Source: a virus (taxonomy: Duplodnaviria; Caudoviricetes). From it: a DNA stretch of 24,550 nucleotides. Below the pieces are notes generated by a model, which was given only the letters and a program-made list of their open reading frames with translations, searched no databases and was not told the DNA's origin. Of the stretch, positions 15,554 to 23,139 are shown piece by piece. Position 1 is the first letter of the stretch; each line of letters starts with the position of its first letter. The stretch lies in the IMG/VR virus record IMGVR_UViG_3300031949_000148, positions 1 to 24,550 of that record. One strand, 5' to 3'. The translations under genes were made by a program, and so were the position numbers.

Positions 15554-15736
15554 CTAGGTGTGCGAACGCTCCTCAATCTGCTCAATGTGGACATCAGGAT
15601 AGCCGCAGCCGTAGTCCTCTACGGGCTTCAGGCTGTCGTCGCAGGCTATCGCGTCAGACGCTCCCTCTTCACTCTCCGCCTCAACTTCCCATACCTGCGT
15701 CCTGATCTCGCTTCGAGTTATCCGGTAAAGAGCCAT
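15554..15736 (-). CDS. small acidic phage protein
   Basis: GGAGG before ATG 15736; EVEAESEEGA motif. Confidence 0.75.
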   Translation of the reverse strand: MALYRITRSEIRTQVWEVEAESEEGASDAIACDDSLKPVEDYGCGYPDVHIEQIEERSHT

Positions 15737-15829
15737 TTCAAACCCTCCTAAACTACTCATTCTCAACTCTTACTTCGCTGCGACGGTCTACTCCGCTCTC
15801 ACTCGAACACGAGATTGAAAGCTGCAATC

Positions 15830-15859
15830 CTCTTAGCATACGAAGCGGCTCTGTGTCAA
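15830..15859 (-). promoter_or_regulatory. leftward sigma70-type promoter containing the CCGCTTCGTATG motif
   Basis: TTGACA-CAGAGCCGCTTCGTATGC-TAAGAG (18-nt spacer, TGn extension). Confidence 0.65.
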
Positions 15860-16218
15860 GGTGTTTTTTGACCATTCAAGGTAAGTCGTTGACTGATAAA
15901 GAGATTGAGTTCATCTGGTGATTTCGGATTACGACCGTACTGGCGTCGGAAGAGGGCGTGATAGCCGCGTTGTGAGACTTGAACAGAGGGGGGATGCTCC
16001 TGAGAGTCGGAGGGGTCGATGGCGATGGAAGATGTTGATGGCGTGGGGTTTGGTAGACTCTCTCGCGGCGTCGGTACAGCGTCGGCGGTGTAGTCCTTGC
16101 CGTTATGCCAGTTACGTTTGTGGCAGTGAGGGCATTGGTCGGGGGGATCAACGGTTTTGGCGAGCCAGTAGTGCTGGCAGAGGTCGCATTTCCAGGTACG
16201 TTTCAGGTGAAGGCTCAT
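15856..16218 (-). CDS. zinc-ribbon protein
   Basis: AGGAG SD; CDLCQHYW...PDQCPHCHKRNW. Confidence 0.75.
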   Translation of the reverse strand: MSLHLKRTWKCDLCQHYWLAKTVDPPDQCPHCHKRNWHNGKDYTADAVPTPRESLPNPTPSTSSIAIDPSDSQEHPPSVQVSQRGYHALFRRQYGRNPKSPDELNLFISQRLTLNGQKTP

Positions 16219-16224
16219 GGGCTC

Positions 16225-16262
16225 CTGTTAGACTCTACCGGGGTTTCTGTTAGACTCTAACA
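16225..16262. promoter_or_regulatory. tandem operator-like repeat CTGTTAGACTCTA (two copies)
   Basis: Copies at 16225-16237 and 16247-16259, 22 bp apart; the second extends to the palindrome TGTTAGA-C-TCTAACA. Confidence 0.65.
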
Positions 16263-16308
16263 TGGGTGGGTTCTGGCGGACGCCACGCCTGGGGACGCCC
16301 GCCGCAGC

Positions 16309-16476
16309 CTACCGGATGCTGACGGTTAACTTCTCGCGGCCTGCCGCCGCCCACTTCTGGACGTAGAGCGAGCCAACGATGGGCGGTTTGCCGGGGCGCT
16401 CGTCTTCCTGATACTTCACGGTGTTTTTGGTCTCCTTCTCTTTGGTGAAGGTCAATACGGTTTCTTGGTCGGGCAT
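16309..16476 (-). CDS. 55-aa beta-rich phage protein
   Basis: AAAGGAG SD; EKETKNTVKYQE...VGSLYVQK. Confidence 0.75.
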   Translation of the reverse strand: MPDQETVLTFTKEKETKNTVKYQEDERPGKPPIVGSLYVQKWAAAGREKLTVSIR

Positions 16477-16548
16477 GGTGATCAGTCTCCTTTGTGGGGT
16501 GCTTGAGCACTCCAGCCCGAGCCCGTCGCCGGACCAGGGCCGCAACGC

Positions 16549-16722
16549 TCACGCTGCCTGCTCGCGTGTCTGACGCTTCAACTCGCGTAGCTCCTCGCGC
16601 CACTGTCTGAGGTTTCGCCGGTCTTCTGCGAGGACCGCGCGGTGGTGAGTAATCATCCGCTTCGAGAAGGTGATAGCTCGTTTGGTGTCGTCAATGCGCT
16701 TTCTTAGGGCGTCTCTCGACAT
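16549..16722 (-). CDS. 57-aa basic coiled-coil protein (MSRDALRKRIDD...)
   Basis: GGAGGT SD; TAATG overlap with the upstream stop. Confidence 0.65.
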   Translation of the reverse strand: MSRDALRKRIDDTKRAITFSKRMITHHRAVLAEDRRNLRQWREELRELKRQTREQAA

Positions 16723-16871
16723 TAGGCCACCTCCGCGAGGTTGGAGTTGAGTGTGTTGAGTGTCGCTTCATCCTGGGGCGTGCAGGGCTCACTCGCATGG
16801 TTGTAGGTCACGCCGCAGACGAAGCACGCCGGGGTTTGGGTTACTGCCACTTGCTTCGGTTCTTCTTGCAT
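16722..16871 (-). CDS. 49-aa protein (MQEEPKQVAV...CFVC...)
   Basis: AAAGGAG SD; CxxC..H..C pattern. Confidence 0.65.
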   Translation of the reverse strand: MQEEPKQVAVTQTPACFVCGVTYNHASEPCTPQDEATLNTLNSNLAEVA

Positions 16872-17017
16872 GGTCGTCTCCTTTGGAAGAGCTTCCAGGG
16901 GTTCATGCCGAAGATGAGGTTGGTGCCGATGACCAGCGTCGCCGCGATAAAGGCGACGTACTCGATCGTGCCGATGAGGTAGGCGATTGCCAGTCGGATT
17001 GTCTGCTCGATTTCCAT
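16841..17017 (-). CDS. 58-aa membrane protein (MEIEQTIRLAIAYL...)
   Basis: ATG directly after junction element copy 7; long hydrophobic stretch then a basic tail. Confidence 0.55.
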   Translation of the reverse strand: MEIEQTIRLAIAYLIGTIEYVAFIAATLVIGTNLIFGMNPWKLFQRRRPCKKNRSKWQ

Positions 17018-17033
17018 TGTGCAGTCCTGCACT
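17017..17033 (-). repeat. junction inverted-repeat element, copy 7
   Basis: AGTGCAGGACTGCACAA lies between the TGA at 17034-17036 and the ATG. Confidence 0.85.
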
Positions 17034-17312
17034 TCAACTGAGGATGACGAACCCCTCGGGCTCGCTTGCTGCCGCCGCCAGTATAACCTCGTCGGGGACG
17101 CCCAGCTCGGCGAGTTTCTCGGGTCGAAACACTCGGTTGTCGTCGCTCGGGTCTCTGTGAGGGTCACAGAGTCGAAGATCAACGATGATGCGCGGGCTGT
17201 GCTCGAAAGTCCATGCTGGCCACGCCGAATTGTTCCAGGTCACGACGTCGGTGTGGGGTGGAAGGTCGTGGACGGTCACGTAACCGTCCGAGGTGGGTTG
17301 AGTCATCTGCAT
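17034..17312 (-). CDS. hypothetical protein
   Basis: AAAAGGAG SD; fits the gene tiling. Confidence 0.72.
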   Translation of the reverse strand: MQMTQPTSDGYVTVHDLPPHTDVVTWNNSAWPAWTFEHSPRIIVDLRLCDPHRDPSDDNRVFRPEKLAELGVPDEVILAAAASEPEGFVILS

Positions 17313-17333
17313 TGCCGTCTCCTTTTCTTCCGG

Positions 17334-17537
17334 TCAGATTGTGAGTGACTTCTTGCCGTAGACGTTCAGAATGTCCTGTTGCCAGCTTGCCAGGGTAGCG
17401 GCCAACTCACTTGGTCTCCAGCCGTCACGAGCTGCCGTGTCTTTAATGGTCTTTTGGAGTGTCTTCCAGACTTTCCTTGCGCTCATTCCTTGCGCTTTTG
17501 CTTTCTTCAAGGTCCGTAGATGGGGGTTCTTCCACAT
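17334..17537 (-). CDS. hypothetical basic helical protein
   Basis: GGAAGGA SD; fits the gene tiling. Confidence 0.7.
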   Translation of the reverse strand: MWKNPHLRTLKKAKAQGMSARKVWKTLQKTIKDTAARDGWRPSELAATLASWQQDILNVYGKKSLTI

Positions 17538-17606
17538 TGTCGTTTCCTTCCCTTTGGGCGCGAGATGCGCGCGGAGGGGCTCGACGTGAGCCCTGCCGTG
17601 CGGACC

Positions 17607-17864
17607 TCACTCCATCATGTCGGCGATGAAGCGCAACCGCTGTGCGTGTCGTCCTACCTCCAGGGCGTTCCATTTCATCTTGAACTGGATTTGTCGGGAC
17701 ACCGAGCGGAGCAACTTCACGATGGCGCTGCCATCGTAGTAGCCAGCGCGAACGCCGTGAACGTTTGTCGGGATGAAGGTGAAGTCAGTTACTAACTCAG
17801 TCTTTCCGAGTCCTGCTAGTTGGTAGTCAACCTCGGTCTTGTGGATGGGCTTGCCTATCATCAT
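17607..17864 (-). CDS. hypothetical protein, first gene of the leftward operon
   Basis: GAAGGAG SD before ATG 17864, downstream of the promoter at 17903-17931. Confidence 0.72.
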   Translation of the reverse strand: MMIGKPIHKTEVDYQLAGLGKTELVTDFTFIPTNVHGVRAGYYDGSAIVKLLRSVSRQIQFKMKWNALEVGRHAQRLRFIADMME

Positions 17865-17902
17865 CGGTCTCCTTCCCGTCCGGTCTTCGCTGGACGATGC
17901 GA

Positions 17903-17931
17903 CTCTTAGCACGTAGCCGCTTCGTTGTCAA
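17903..17931 (-). promoter_or_regulatory. leftward sigma70-type promoter
   Basis: TTGACA-N17-TAAGAG with TGn extension; the spacer carries GCCGCTTCGT in inverted orientation. Confidence 0.7.
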
Positions 17932-17968
17932 TAACGCAATGACGTTGCCAAACCCCTCGCCTATTTTC

Positions 17969-17998
17969 TTGACCGCTCGCCGGTCGCCGTGGTACGGT
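17969..17998 (+). promoter_or_regulatory. rightward promoter, probably for a leaderless mRNA
   Basis: TTGACC-N18-TACGGT with TGn extension; ATG 6 nt after the -10. Confidence 0.5.
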
Positions 17999-18004
17999 CT
18001 CGGC

Positions 18005-18124
18005 ATGGCTCGACGAACCTACTCCCTCCGCGAAGCAGCTCGGCACCTCGGGCGCAAAGGTGGGCGGTCGAAGTCCTCGGCGAAGGTCAAAGCTTCCAGG
18101 CGCAATGCTCGACGGTCCCGGTAA
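18005..18124 (+). CDS. 39-aa highly basic protein (MARRTYSLREAARHLGRKGGRSKSSAKVKASRRNARRSR)
   Basis: LGRKGG.S.S.AK..ASR.N motif typical of small basic phage proteins. Confidence 0.65.
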   Translation: MARRTYSLREAARHLGRKGGRSKSSAKVKASRRNARRSR

Positions 18125-18420
18125 GGCTAAGCGCTTGGCTCTCGCGTGGACCAGGACCGCGAATCCGCCGCCAAATGTCTGCTAATCCGCCGCCAGTTCC
18201 TTTTCCAAGCGGTTCGCTCACCCTCCAACCGCCATCCTTCCCCTTTTTCCAACCGCTTTCCCGCCTCCGACTTTTCGATCCTCGCTCGCCAAGGGGTACC
18301 CCCTGCCCTCGCAGGCGACGGTGAAATTTTTGATTGTCTTGCGCACTCTCTTTCAAGTAAAAACGAATTTGGGTAGTTTTTGGACCACATCAAGTTCATA
18401 AAAAACAAAAAAGAAAGGGG

Positions 18421-18449
18421 TTGCAACGGGAGGGGTATGGTGGTAGAAA
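18421..18449 (+). promoter_or_regulatory. rightward promoter with an A-tract UP-like element
   Basis: TTGCAA-N17-TAGAAA with TGn extension, preceded by A tracts at 18400-18417. Confidence 0.5.
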
Positions 18450-18485
18450 TACACGGAAGCGGCTTGGTATGGAGGGTTGGGAAAA

Positions 18486-18814
18486 TGGAAAACGCGGGAC
18501 ACGCAAGGCAGGCGAAAGCGTTCAAGAAAGAAATTGGGGAGGGGGTGGGGGGGGAGAGGCCGGCGATGGTGCCGGCATTTTTCTCAGAGACGGTAGTTGA
18601 GATGATCGGAACGCCGGGGTTTACGCAGGATTGCACGCGGGCGCTACGGATGGTGTTGGACGACACGACGCTGTCGGTATTTCTGGAAAGCAGTCTGAAG
18701 CACAATGCGGCCAAGATTAAGTGGTCTGAGGAAGAGAGGAAGGAGATCATGACGATCATGTTCTCCTGGCTGGTGGTGGGGTTTCGGGCGGGGCTTTTAC
18801 ATCGGGGGTTATGA
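18486..18814 (+). CDS. hypothetical protein
   Basis: GGAGG upstream of ATG 18486; ATGA overlap with the next gene. Confidence 0.65.
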
Positions 18815-18999
18815 TGGGGGAGACGCCGGTTTACCGGGAGCGGCTGAAGGAGCGGGCGGACATTAAGGAGTGCGAGTGTCCGTGGCACGAGTGCAAGGAG
18901 ACGGCTCGGGAGCCAGGGGTTTTCGAGGAAGGCGGTAGGAGCGTTGTGCGGTGGCTGTGCCAGTCGTGCATCAAGAGGTGTCCGCAGGGGGTATTTTAG
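18811..18999 (+). CDS. small zinc-finger-like protein
   Basis: CECPWHEC and LCQSC. Confidence 0.65.
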   Translation: MMGETPVYRERLKERADIKECECPWHECKETAREPGVFEEGGRSVVRWLCQSCIKRCPQGVF

Positions 19000-19001
19000 G
19001 A

Positions 19002-19781
19002 ATGCCTGCTGACCGAAACAAGAGTTTACTGACGCGCAAGATCACTTCGGCCGCGGCTCGGTACCTGGATGAGCAGGGAGTCAAGCCGATCGAGACGGAA
19101 GTCCAGGTTGGGGATAGTTGGGTCGCGGACCTCGCCGGGATCTGGTGTCCGACGATTACCGAACTCGTTAAAATGAAACTGATCCATCGCCGGCCGGCAT
19201 GGGAGAAAGGCCAGGCGGTCTATCGGGAGTGGTGGGAGAGGGCAAAGAAGGTCCAGCGCCGGATGATCGTTCTGGTCGAGGTGAAGTCCGCGGAAGGGGA
19301 TTTCAAGTCAGACGGGAAGTGGAAGCAGCAGATTCCTGCAGACCTGGGGATTCTGGCGGTGCCGGCCGATTGGGGGATTGTCGACGACGAGGTCCCGCCG
19401 GCGTGGGGAATTTTGAAGTATTACGACCAGACGGGAGTCTTGAGGCTTGCCCGGGTGCCCGAGATCCAGACGGTGAGCGTCGAGCAGCAATTGGAGGTGG
19501 CGGTCGAGATTGCGGTGCGCCGAGACCATTTGACGCGCCATGCGCGGCTTCGGGAGTTTCGGCGCCAACTGGTCGTCACCCAAAACGAGAATATCTCGCG
19601 GACGCGGGTACTCGATGCGATGAGGGTTATGGAAGCGATCGTCGAGGCCCGGTACGGGTCGGTCGAAGAAACGCTTGAGCGGTGGAACATCAAGCACCTC
19701 CCGAAATACTACCTTCCGGAACTGCGGGCCCTTTGGGGATGCAAGAAAAAGGAGCCAAGTGGACGAACCAATTCCAATTGA
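19002..19781 (+). CDS. MmcB-like PD-(D/E)XK nuclease
   Basis: ETEV...VADLAG...VEVKSAEGDFKSDGKW...VPPAWGIL. Confidence 0.75.
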   Translation: MPADRNKSLLTRKITSAAARYLDEQGVKPIETEVQVGDSWVADLAGIWCPTITELVKMKLIHRRPAWEKGQAVYREWWERAKKVQRRMIVLVEVKSAEGDFKSDGKWKQQIPADLGILAVPADWGIVDDEVPPAWGILKYYDQTGVLRLARVPEIQTVSVEQQLEVAVEIAVRRDHLTRHARLREFRRQLVVTQNENISRTRVLDAMRVMEAIVEARYGSVEETLERWNIKHLPKYYLPELRALWGCKKKEPSGRTNSN

Positions 19782-20388
19782 ATTTCAATTCACGGACGAA
19801 GAGCGGAATCTGGCTCGGGAAGAGGGTTTTCGTCGCCGGCGGGTGAACGTTGACCAAGGGACCGAGGGGAGAAATAACTGTGAGGCGGAAGGAGACGAAG
19901 CTCTCAAGATGGATCTCTTGGGCGCCGCCGGAGAGATGGCGTTTGCGAGTTACTTTGGGATGAAGAATTTTCTATACACGGAGTTGAGAGCCAAGCCGGG
20001 CTCGATCGACCTACCACCTGATATTGATGTGAAGACGACAGACCGGCATTCGAACCGTCTGATCTGCCAGCTTGACGAAGCAGTTGAAAAGCGTTTAGTT
20101 CTGGTAACGATCGAAAACATGAAGACGCTGATTCGGGGATGGCGGTGGGTGAGCGAATGCAAGAGGCGGGAGTGGATCAAGGATCCGACCGGACGCCGGC
20201 CGGCATATTTTATTCCAACCGTCTACCTGCATTCGATTTCGACGCTCGCGGTCGCGCCGCCCCGGTATTCACTTGGAGTGATTGACCGACGGGAAAGGTT
20301 TGTCTATCCCCGCGCGGCGTCTCGGGAGTTTGAAAATTGGAGAGTCTATTGGGACGAGCGGTCTCGGGGGATTAAAGAGAAAAAATGA
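19759..20388 (+). CDS. restriction-endonuclease-like PD-(D/E)XK protein
   Basis: AAGGAG before GTG 19759; GAAGEMAFA...IDL...IDVKTT. Confidence 0.7.
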   Translation: MDEPIPIEFQFTDEERNLAREEGFRRRRVNVDQGTEGRNNCEAEGDEALKMDLLGAAGEMAFASYFGMKNFLYTELRAKPGSIDLPPDIDVKTTDRHSNRLICQLDEAVEKRLVLVTIENMKTLIRGWRWVSECKRREWIKDPTGRRPAYFIPTVYLHSISTLAVAPPRYSLGVIDRRERFVYPRAASREFENWRVYWDERSRGIKEKK

Positions 20389-22262
20389 GAAAAGAAATCG
20401 AGAAATGGTTTGGCTGTTACGGAACGCGCGGGGACCTCTTCACACAGGAGTCAAATCGTCACCCAGCGAAGATGGCGGTCCAGTTGTGTTTTCGGATATT
20501 CGAGCACGGACAGCGCCGCGGGTACTGGAAGCCTGGCGACGTCATCCTTGACCCAATGGCAGGAATTGGGACGACGCTCGTGTGCGGACTCTCGCTTGGG
20601 TACCACGTCGTCGGAGTTGAGCTTGAGACTCACTTCTGCAAGATGGCACAGGAAAACCTGAGACTGGCTTTTGAAAGAATCGGGCAGGCCGGAGATCTTT
20701 GGTGGGAACTCTTTGACCCTGATGGCGTGCGATGGTGGGACGACAAGCGGAGCTGGACGCTGTTCCGTGGAGACGCCAGGAATTTAGGTTCCATCCTTAA
20801 TTTAGACGGCGCCCTGACGAGCCCTCCGTATGGTGACCAGCAGGTTACCGGCGCCGGCCACTTCAAGAGTCGATGGGAGCCCGACCAGAAGGAAGCGCGA
20901 TCAAACCCGCGGGAAGGATATGCAGACAGTGCAGTCGCGAGCCCGCCGTATCCAGGAGAAACTGGTGGGGAGAGTGGAATTAACCAAGGGCTCGAGAAGA
21001 AACCGAGTGGTCCGAACGCGCAACACCGATTGCCAAGGACCTACGACGCCGCGATTGGGTCTCCGCCCTACGGGGATACAAAGATGCCGGTGAGTATCCG
21101 ATCCGAGATCCGCCAACTCTACCGATCGGGAAAGTTTAGGGAGGCCATCGCTGAGTATCGGAAGAACCAGGAGCGGCAGGTAGAGTTGGGTCAGAAGTTT
21201 GGAGTGGACTCCGACGAGACGATCATTCGCCGGCTCGAGGAGTGCATGGAGCGCGACGAAGGAAACTATTCCGCGGTCGTGACCAGCCCGCCTTACCTTG
21301 AAGCGAAAGACGGCCGGGGAATAGCCGTTGATGGAGTTGCTTCCCAGCCCGGGCGCCGTGGGAAGGTGGGAGACCGATCGTACACCCCGGAGACGGTTGC
21401 CGGCGCCGTGTCGAGTCCTCCCTATCCAGTTCCGGAAGGCGGAGGAAAGGGGAATGAGGCTCGACCTGGCGACGTCCACCCCAAATTGAGAAGCCGTCAG
21501 TACACACCTCCCAATATCAATGCGGCAGTTTCAAGCCCTCCATATTCTGATTCGATTTCGACTGAGAACCAGCGCGGGCGAGGCCATAACGCCGAACTGA
21601 ATGAGAAGATGGGGATCTCGCACAACGTCTACGGTAAGGGCGGGTTGCAAATTGGGAACCTCAAAGACCCAAAGGACGATATTGACGCTGTGCTGAGTAG
21701 CCCGCCATACGGAGAGACGCACGTTGGAAATCCGGGCGAGCAGGAACTTGCGGCGCAAGGCCGCGCCAAAGAAATTGGAACTTCGGCGACAGGGCATGGT
21801 GGAAAGGGTCGCCACGGATTTCAGTACAGCCATGATACTGAGGCACAGATCGGGAACGCCAACGGCGAGACCTACCTTTCTGCGATGGCTCTCGTGTATC
21901 GGGAGATGTGGAAAGTTCTGAAGCCGGCCGCGGTCGTCTGCCTGGTCACGAAGAATCCGGTCAAGAATGGCGCCATCCGCCGGCTTGACGAGGACACGAT
22001 TTGCCTGATGGAAGCGGCCGGCTTCGAGCTGATCGAGCGGGTACAGGCGATGCTTGCCGAGGATCTGGGAGAGCAGAGCGGATTCGAATTGAGTTTTGAG
22101 ACGGAAGACAAGGACGGGAAGCCGCTGACCGTTCCGATCGGAAAACACAAGAGGATAAAGATTGAGCGCAAATCGTTTTTCAAGCGCCTCTTCGAAAAGA
22201 AGCGACCAGACCTCCGCGTTGACCATGAGGATTATCTCTTTTTCAGGAAGGTCTCGACATGA
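20385..22262 (+). CDS. amino (N4-C/N6-A type) methyltransferase with seven SPPY modules
   Basis: HPAKM (X), ILDPMAGIGTT (I), GVELE (II), GDAR (III), seven SPPY (IV), then YLSAM...KVLKP...CLVTKN...GF. Confidence 0.88.
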   Translation: MRKEIEKWFGCYGTRGDLFTQESNRHPAKMAVQLCFRIFEHGQRRGYWKPGDVILDPMAGIGTTLVCGLSLGYHVVGVELETHFCKMAQENLRLAFERIGQAGDLWWELFDPDGVRWWDDKRSWTLFRGDARNLGSILNLDGALTSPPYGDQQVTGAGHFKSRWEPDQKEARSNPREGYADSAVASPPYPGETGGESGINQGLEKKPSGPNAQHRLPRTYDAAIGSPPYGDTKMPVSIRSEIRQLYRSGKFREAIAEYRKNQERQVELGQKFGVDSDETIIRRLEECMERDEGNYSAVVTSPPYLEAKDGRGIAVDGVASQPGRRGKVGDRSYTPETVAGAVSSPPYPVPEGGGKGNEARPGDVHPKLRSRQYTPPNINAAVSSPPYSDSISTENQRGRGHNAELNEKMGISHNVYGKGGLQIGNLKDPKDDIDAVLSSPPYGETHVGNPGEQELAAQGRAKEIGTSATGHGGKGRHGFQYSHDTEAQIGNANGETYLSAMALVYREMWKVLKPAAVVCLVTKNPVKNGAIRRLDEDTICLMEAAGFELIERVQAMLAEDLGEQSGFELSFETEDKDGKPLTVPIGKHKRIKIERKSFFKRLFEKKRPDLRVDHEDYLFFRKVST

Positions 22263-22501
22263 AGCGTCAAGAGTTCCTTGCTAAAGCTCAAACACTCCGT
22301 CCGCCCGAGGCAAGACCGCGGCGGGATCGGAGATGTAATGAGAAGGGCTGCGTCTGGCCGGTCTACGAGTGTGGGAAGTGCCTAGCCCACCTGCGCGAGA
22401 TGTCGCAGGAGTCGAGTTACCTTCAACCTCCGACGACGGCCGAGTACGAGAGTGGACCTCTACAGCACCAGGAATTTTCGTCGATGCGGACGACGTGGTG
22501 A
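22259..22501 (+). CDS. hypothetical Cys/His protein
   Basis: ATGA overlap; CNEKGC...CGKCLAH. Confidence 0.65.
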   Translation: MKRQEFLAKAQTLRPPEARPRRDRRCNEKGCVWPVYECGKCLAHLREMSQESSYLQPPTTAEYESGPLQHQEFSSMRTTW

Positions 22502-22512
22502 AAGGAGAAATA

Positions 22513-22767
22513 ATGAAAACCGTAGAAGATAAATTCAGGAAGATCATCGTTGAGCAGATGGGTGTTGACCCAAGCGAAGTAACACTGACGGCAAAGTTCG
22601 TCGATGACTTGGGATTCGACTCCCTCGATGCGGTTGAGGTGATTATTGAACTCGAGGAAGCATTTACGATCGAGATTCCCGACGAAGACCTTGACGAAAG
22701 TAAGCTTCAAACGTTTGGGGATGGGGTCAACTACCTTAAGGGAAGGCTGAAAGGGAAAACCCTGTGA
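22513..22767 (+). CDS. acpP: acyl carrier protein
   Basis: AAAGGAG SD; [11 protein letters not shown] phosphopantetheine site; [13 protein letters not shown]. Confidence 0.93.
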   Translation: MKTVEDKFRKIIVEQMGVDPSEVTLTAKFVDDLGFDSLDAVEVIIELEEAFTIEIPDEDLDESKLQTFGDGVNYLKGRLKGKTL

Positions 22768-22907
22768 TCGTCGACGACCCGGTTCACGTCTACCCAACTT
22801 ACGGTAAGGAACACGAGTATTCGTCGGACTGCTGGTGTTTGCCTGATAGGATTCAAGAAGCGACCGAAGAGCACGACGCAGTTTACGTTCATCATCTGGA
22901 GCAATAA
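22764..22907 (+). CDS. 47-aa His/Cys protein ([11 protein letters not shown]...EH...CWCLP...VHH)
   Basis: GTGA overlap; metal-ligand-like pattern. Confidence 0.65.
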   Translation: MIVDDPVHVYPTYGKEHEYSSDCWCLPDRIQEATEEHDAVYVHHLEQ

Positions 22908-23086
22908 TGACCGTCGAAGAAGCCGTTGAGCACGCCAAGGCCCGCGGCTACGAGCCTGTAGCGCTCTGCGCCTACAAAATCTCCGACGACACGATCGTCA
23001 TTATTGACCTGGGGGCCTCGGAGAGGTCAAAGGAAGCATTCTACAAATGCGTTGTGGTGGATGGGTGGAAAGATCTCCTGCAATGA
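22907..23086 (+). CDS. 59-aa hypothetical protein ([14 protein letters not shown]...)
   Basis: GGAG SD; TAATG overlap. Confidence 0.65.
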   Translation: MTVEEAVEHAKARGYEPVALCAYKISDDTIVIIDLGASERSKEAFYKCVVVDGWKDLLQ

Positions 23087-23090
23087 GGAC

Positions 23091-23119
23091 TTGACACAAG
23101 CCGCTTCGTATGCTAGGGT
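23091..23119 (+). promoter_or_regulatory. sigma70-type promoter containing the CCGCTTCGTATG motif
   Basis: TTGACA-CAAGCCGCTTCGTATGC-TAGGGT (17-nt spacer, TGn extension). Confidence 0.75.
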
Positions 23120-23139
23120 GTCATTACAAGGAGACGGAC

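Noticed and set aside
18536-18554. G-run as a functional G-quadruplex
   Set aside because: It is a single occurrence in a G-rich coding stretch with no other support.
920-22226. Long antisense or alternate-frame ORFs (e.g. 920-1588, 1880-2644, 11438-12070, 18127-18888, 21531-22226)
   Set aside because: They are shadows of well-supported genes in GC-rich DNA and have no recognisable motifs.
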